Assembly (NCBI RefSeq): GCF_964194025.1
Contig: NC_134480.1
Coordinates: forward strand, 36,952,001 to 37,016,000
Length of the DNA stretch: 64,000 bases
Reading direction: 5' to 3'
Origin: Convolutriloba macropyga
Lineage: Eukaryota
Below, in pieces: positions 60,281-64,000 of the stretch. The notes under the pieces are model-generated. The model was not told the origin of the DNA, ran no database searches, and saw only the letters and a list, made by a program, of their open reading frames with translations. The position numbers and the translations under genes were made by a program. Positions within the stretch are counted from its first letter, which is position 1, and every line of letters starts with the position of its first letter.

Positions 60281-62215
60281 TAAAAAATTGAGAATAAAAA
60301 TTATAATTTATTATAAGGAAAACGTATTAAATGGATGCGGTGCCCTGGCGGGTATTTTGGTAATCTCAATTCAGTTATCATGTGACAAGATGAGTTGTTC
60401 CTGTCCAGGTTTCAGGCGTATTTCTGATTCTCTGGCGCCAAATTTTCTTCTAATAATTTTCAGTACTCTTCTATTTTGATACAAAATTCGATAAACTGAG
60501 TTTTGATAGTTTTTTGTACCCTTTTATTGACGATTTTACGTGAAAGTATAAATTACTGAATATCTTAGTTTGGGAAAGAAAGGCCTCAGCTCTCAAAAAT
60601 TAAATATCGAAAATATATACTTTATTTTTATGTTTTCGATTCAAATTAAGAAAATTTCTCTATCCCTCTTTTTCTCAAAGCGTAGGTTTGAGCAAACATA
60701 AAAAAGATACAAAGCAACTACACACAATTTTTCGTGTAAGTTCTTTTTTTGTTCTCGAGTTGGGAAAAGAGAACTATTAATTCAATTAAAATTTAAATCG
60801 TATTTATGCTGATAAATATTGCTGATAAGACATCGTTGAAAGACATAGAAAATTCTCTCTGTTTTCCTTAAAACACGCTGCATTTAAGTCTCTCCTTGGA
60901 TTGGGGTGTAAAATAACTTAGCGGTGGGTGGAGTTTTTTTCAAAAAGAAATAATCTCTGCAATTCTGCTCGTTCCTAACTTTACAATGGCCTATTCACAC
61001 TTGCCTCTTAACTGCTCTAAAAATTTAAATTTGTCTGCGTTTCTAATTTAAAGCAACTATTCTAATTGCACGGCAAGTAGGATAACAGTACTATTAATAC
61101 TTTCGAAGAAAGGAGAATCAAATTTAGTTTCTTTATGCGCTTCAAATCGATTGAGTAGACCAGACAGAAAATCGTTTTCCGTATTATAAAGTGGGTCCAT
61201 ATAGCAAAGGAAAAGAAAAAAACTACCAATTTTGATATGATTTAAGTTGTTGCTTTGTAAAGTTTTCAGTTTAAAAAAAATCTAGAGAGGCGTTACCTTT
61301 CAATCGATCACAAATGAGATGACTGCTATATAGTTTTCATCTCTATATAGGAATTTAAATAAGCTTTTAGGAACAATTTAACTTTTTACACTCATACAGT
61401 TCAAATATGAACTGTAAATTACTTCGATTCCAAAGCTTTCTTGGCGCCCCTCCTACTCAATTATGAGCAAACCATTAAATTTTGTTTGCAAAAATTCTGC
61501 TATAAAATATTTTTTTCAGTTACTTTATAAAATTAGAATAAACATGAAACTAATTTTTCGGTTCTGTAGTAGGAGCTAAATTTACGATAATTTGCAAAAC
61601 CTTATCTTCGTAAAAATTTCACTCTCGAATTTAGCAAGTTTAAGTTTTTTTTGTATAAGCTGCGAACAGGCGCGCTTGGTTTCATCAGCATAGCAAAAAG
61701 ACACCAACATAAGTCAATTGTAAAATAAACGAATATTTCCATAATATTTGTTATAAACCACTGTTTCTTTACATTTGTACGTTGCAAATGAACATATGTA
61801 GGGCTTGTTGAAATTCTTTTCCTTAAAATTCACAGCGATTGGTTAAAAACTTCTATAAAAAAACTGACTGAAAATTTTTTCAATGAATTTGAATACAAAA
61901 GGAAATAAAACTATTGATTTGCAGTTTCAGATCTACACTGAATGATTGAACAAGTTTTTCTCCAAAAATATGTGCATATGTGCAGAAAATCCTCTTGCCA
62001 GCTTTAGTGCAACTTAGTGCAGTGCGAGGCTTGGTTACCATGTTATTTGTCTGTGGCCTTAGAGTGTAATTATTGGATGAATTGATTGAGATGTATATGT
62101 TGACAACTAGGGAGTTCTCACGCTCAATCCATTAGTGGAAATTAAATTAGTAAACATGGCAGCCATTGCAAGGAGACAATTGTTCAGAAAGGAGACAAGT
62201 GTTCATTTTTACTCA

Positions 62216-62415
62216 NNNNNNNNNNNNNNNNNNNNNNNNNNNNNNNNNNNNNNNNNNNNNNNNNNNNNNNNNNNNNNNNNNNNNNNNNNNNNNNNNNNNN
62301 NNNNNNNNNNNNNNNNNNNNNNNNNNNNNNNNNNNNNNNNNNNNNNNNNNNNNNNNNNNNNNNNNNNNNNNNNNNNNNNNNNNNNNNNNNNNNNNNNNNN
62401 NNNNNNNNNNNNNNN
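62216..62415. other. Assembly gap (200 N, probably a placeholder size)
   Basis: Run of exactly 200 N. Confidence 1.
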
Positions 62416-62501
62416 AGCTTGGATGGCAACCTCTGTTGAGGACTTGGTTTGACAATAATCTTCCGGAGCAGTTGTCACTGGATCACAAAAATATGGTCCG
62501 G
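62416..62501 (+). CDS. DNAH7: 3' part of a dynein heavy chain exon just after AAA2 (5' part lost in the gap)
   Basis: LGWQPLLRTWFDNNLPEQLSLDHKNMVR|GTAAGC resembles the LGW.P...SW...LP motif that follows SRCGM in AAA2. Confidence 0.7.
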
Positions 62502-62874
62502 GTAAGCGAAATGTGAAATGAAATTTCAGGCAACTTGTTACAGGGGTTAGTGAAGTCGCAACTACAGTGAAAAGTGACCTTTTTTGATTTAGAACCATCA
62601 TGGCTTACGTGTACGCCAAGTGTGAGTACTCAGTAAAGCCAACCGGTCGCTAACTTCACAACTTGGGTATTTTTGTTGCCCTTCTTTTGTTCGCCTTTTT
62701 TGTTCATCAAGGCTTCCTCTCTCAGCCAAGTTTTTTTCGCTGAAAAAATAGAGTAATTTATAAAACCAGTTGTAAAGATAATGCATTAATATTGTAGATG
62801 TTTACAATTCAATTACAAGATTTTTATAAGCTATCCATTATTTTCCACAGATGAAGCTTTACCTTGACCGCACT

Positions 62875-63010
62875 TGTTGTTCCGACTCACTTTAGTGGGA
62901 GGGGGAACTATATACCCAACTGGGTTTTTTATTCAGTCAATTTTTGCCAATTGATACATGCATCGTACAGGATTGCGAATGGTGTCATCAGAAAGCCTGT
63001 CACGCATAGA
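62875..63010 (+). mobile_element. Terminal fragment of family B repeat in the opposite orientation
   Basis: TTGTTCCGACTCACTTTAGTGGGAGGGGGGAACTATATAC...TTCAGTCAATTTTTGCC is the reverse complement of the 60160-60280 terminus. Confidence 0.75.
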
Positions 63011-63056
63011 ATTTCAAAATTTCTTATAAATTTTTAAAATTACAAAATTTCGAAGA

Positions 63057-64000
63057 TTTTTTAATAGCCACACAGCAATAGCTGGGGCTATTATTGGCCT
63101 TCTCTTGGTTTTTACGACTCGGAGAGGAGTATTGAGATTCTGTTCGAGCATTTACCTCCGTTAATGATTGTTGACTTCTGTTTTCGAACATTGGACTTGA
63201 ACAGTAGCTTCGTTTGTAATGTATAGTAATAATAACACATGTGCAATTGTCTTCCCAAGCAGTATCAAGTTAAACTGTTTAAAATTTTTCAGTTGAAAAC
63301 TTACGGTTTATATGAGCTATGGTTTTAAAAATTCGATTTCAAAAAATTGTTAACAGTTTTTTTGAGAGTAGCCAGTTTCAAACTTGTTTTTGCAATCTTT
63401 AAGCGTAGCTTCTTTAAAGAGAGAGGTCACAAAATTTTTCAAGGGAAATATAATGTAGTGTTAATTCTTTTTTCTTATTTAATTGATTGATTTTCAGCGA
63501 GTATACTAAGAGTTTTCATAAATTTTATATTTATTTGAATATTCCATTTCTTGGTTCTCTTTTGCTGTTATGTCCAATCGTTATAATAATGGCACATTAA
63601 CAACAAGTCTCATATCACATTAATGGTGTCGAAATAAATTGCGTTGGGTGTATTCAATATTTTTAGTGAATAGATTTTGATCTTATGGGCTTCGACACCG
63701 TCTCCTCGCGAAATTGAAATGACTTCTTGATTTTTGCCTGTATTTGTTCTTTTCGTAGTCGTATTACTTTCTGGATAATGACAAAACTCAATGGTTTTGC
63801 ATGAAGCTATAAATGAAGCCCATGAATGGTTTCAGTTGATAGCTAATTGCTTTCATGACTTTGAATTTATTTGTTTTGAAAAAGTGTAAACGTATTTTTT
63901 GACCTTGCCCTTTTTGTTTTCTATCTACTTCTCAACAACTCTCAATAAAGGCAGTTCCCATTTCTTTTCTGTTAAAATGCAAGTTACTTGATTTAGTTTA
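63057..64000 (+). mobile_element. Second element related to the 31.6-kb Helentron/HINE; 5' end clear, 3' extent uncertain
   Basis: TTTTTTAATAGCC...GGCTATTATTGG then TTTTACGACTCGGAGAGGAGTATTG, matching 31622-31740. Confidence 0.55.

Overview
AT-rich animal (invertebrate-like) genomic DNA with spliceosomal genes, many transposons and two N-gaps. (1) 1-~17.7 kb is the 3' two-thirds of a large env-bearing Ty3/Gypsy retroelement. It has an integrase whose C-terminal tail ends in a TARG1/OARD1-type macrodomain, amplified as a 4-copy mosaic tandem array. Next comes a non-coding spacer built from diverged ~1.065-kb units, then a 5-exon ANTISENSE gene encoding an integrase-type HHCC zinc finger plus an OTU-like cysteine-protease domain. 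These are followed by a small antisense type-I membrane glycoprotein ORF with a PDZ-binding tail, an intact-looking class I fusion env and a probable 3' LTR. (2) Seven consecutive exons of an inner-arm axonemal dynein heavy chain (DNAH7/3/12-like) lie at 20.1-31.4 kb, plus one much later exon at 62.4 kb. (3) A full-length but decayed BEL/Pao LTR element (35.3-42.7 kb) carries an in-frame Gly/Ser repeat insertion and abuts an ~835-bp higher-order tandem array. (4) There are Helentron/HINE-like non-autonomous elements, a MITE with an 8-bp TSD and a CRE-like non-LTR fragment. (5) The last two exons of a synaptotagmin-7-like gene lie on the minus strand. The most notable candidate system is the retroelement that combines env with a de-ADP-ribosylase-like and a deubiquitinase-like cargo. 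All domain calls are from motif recognition by eye; no database search was run.
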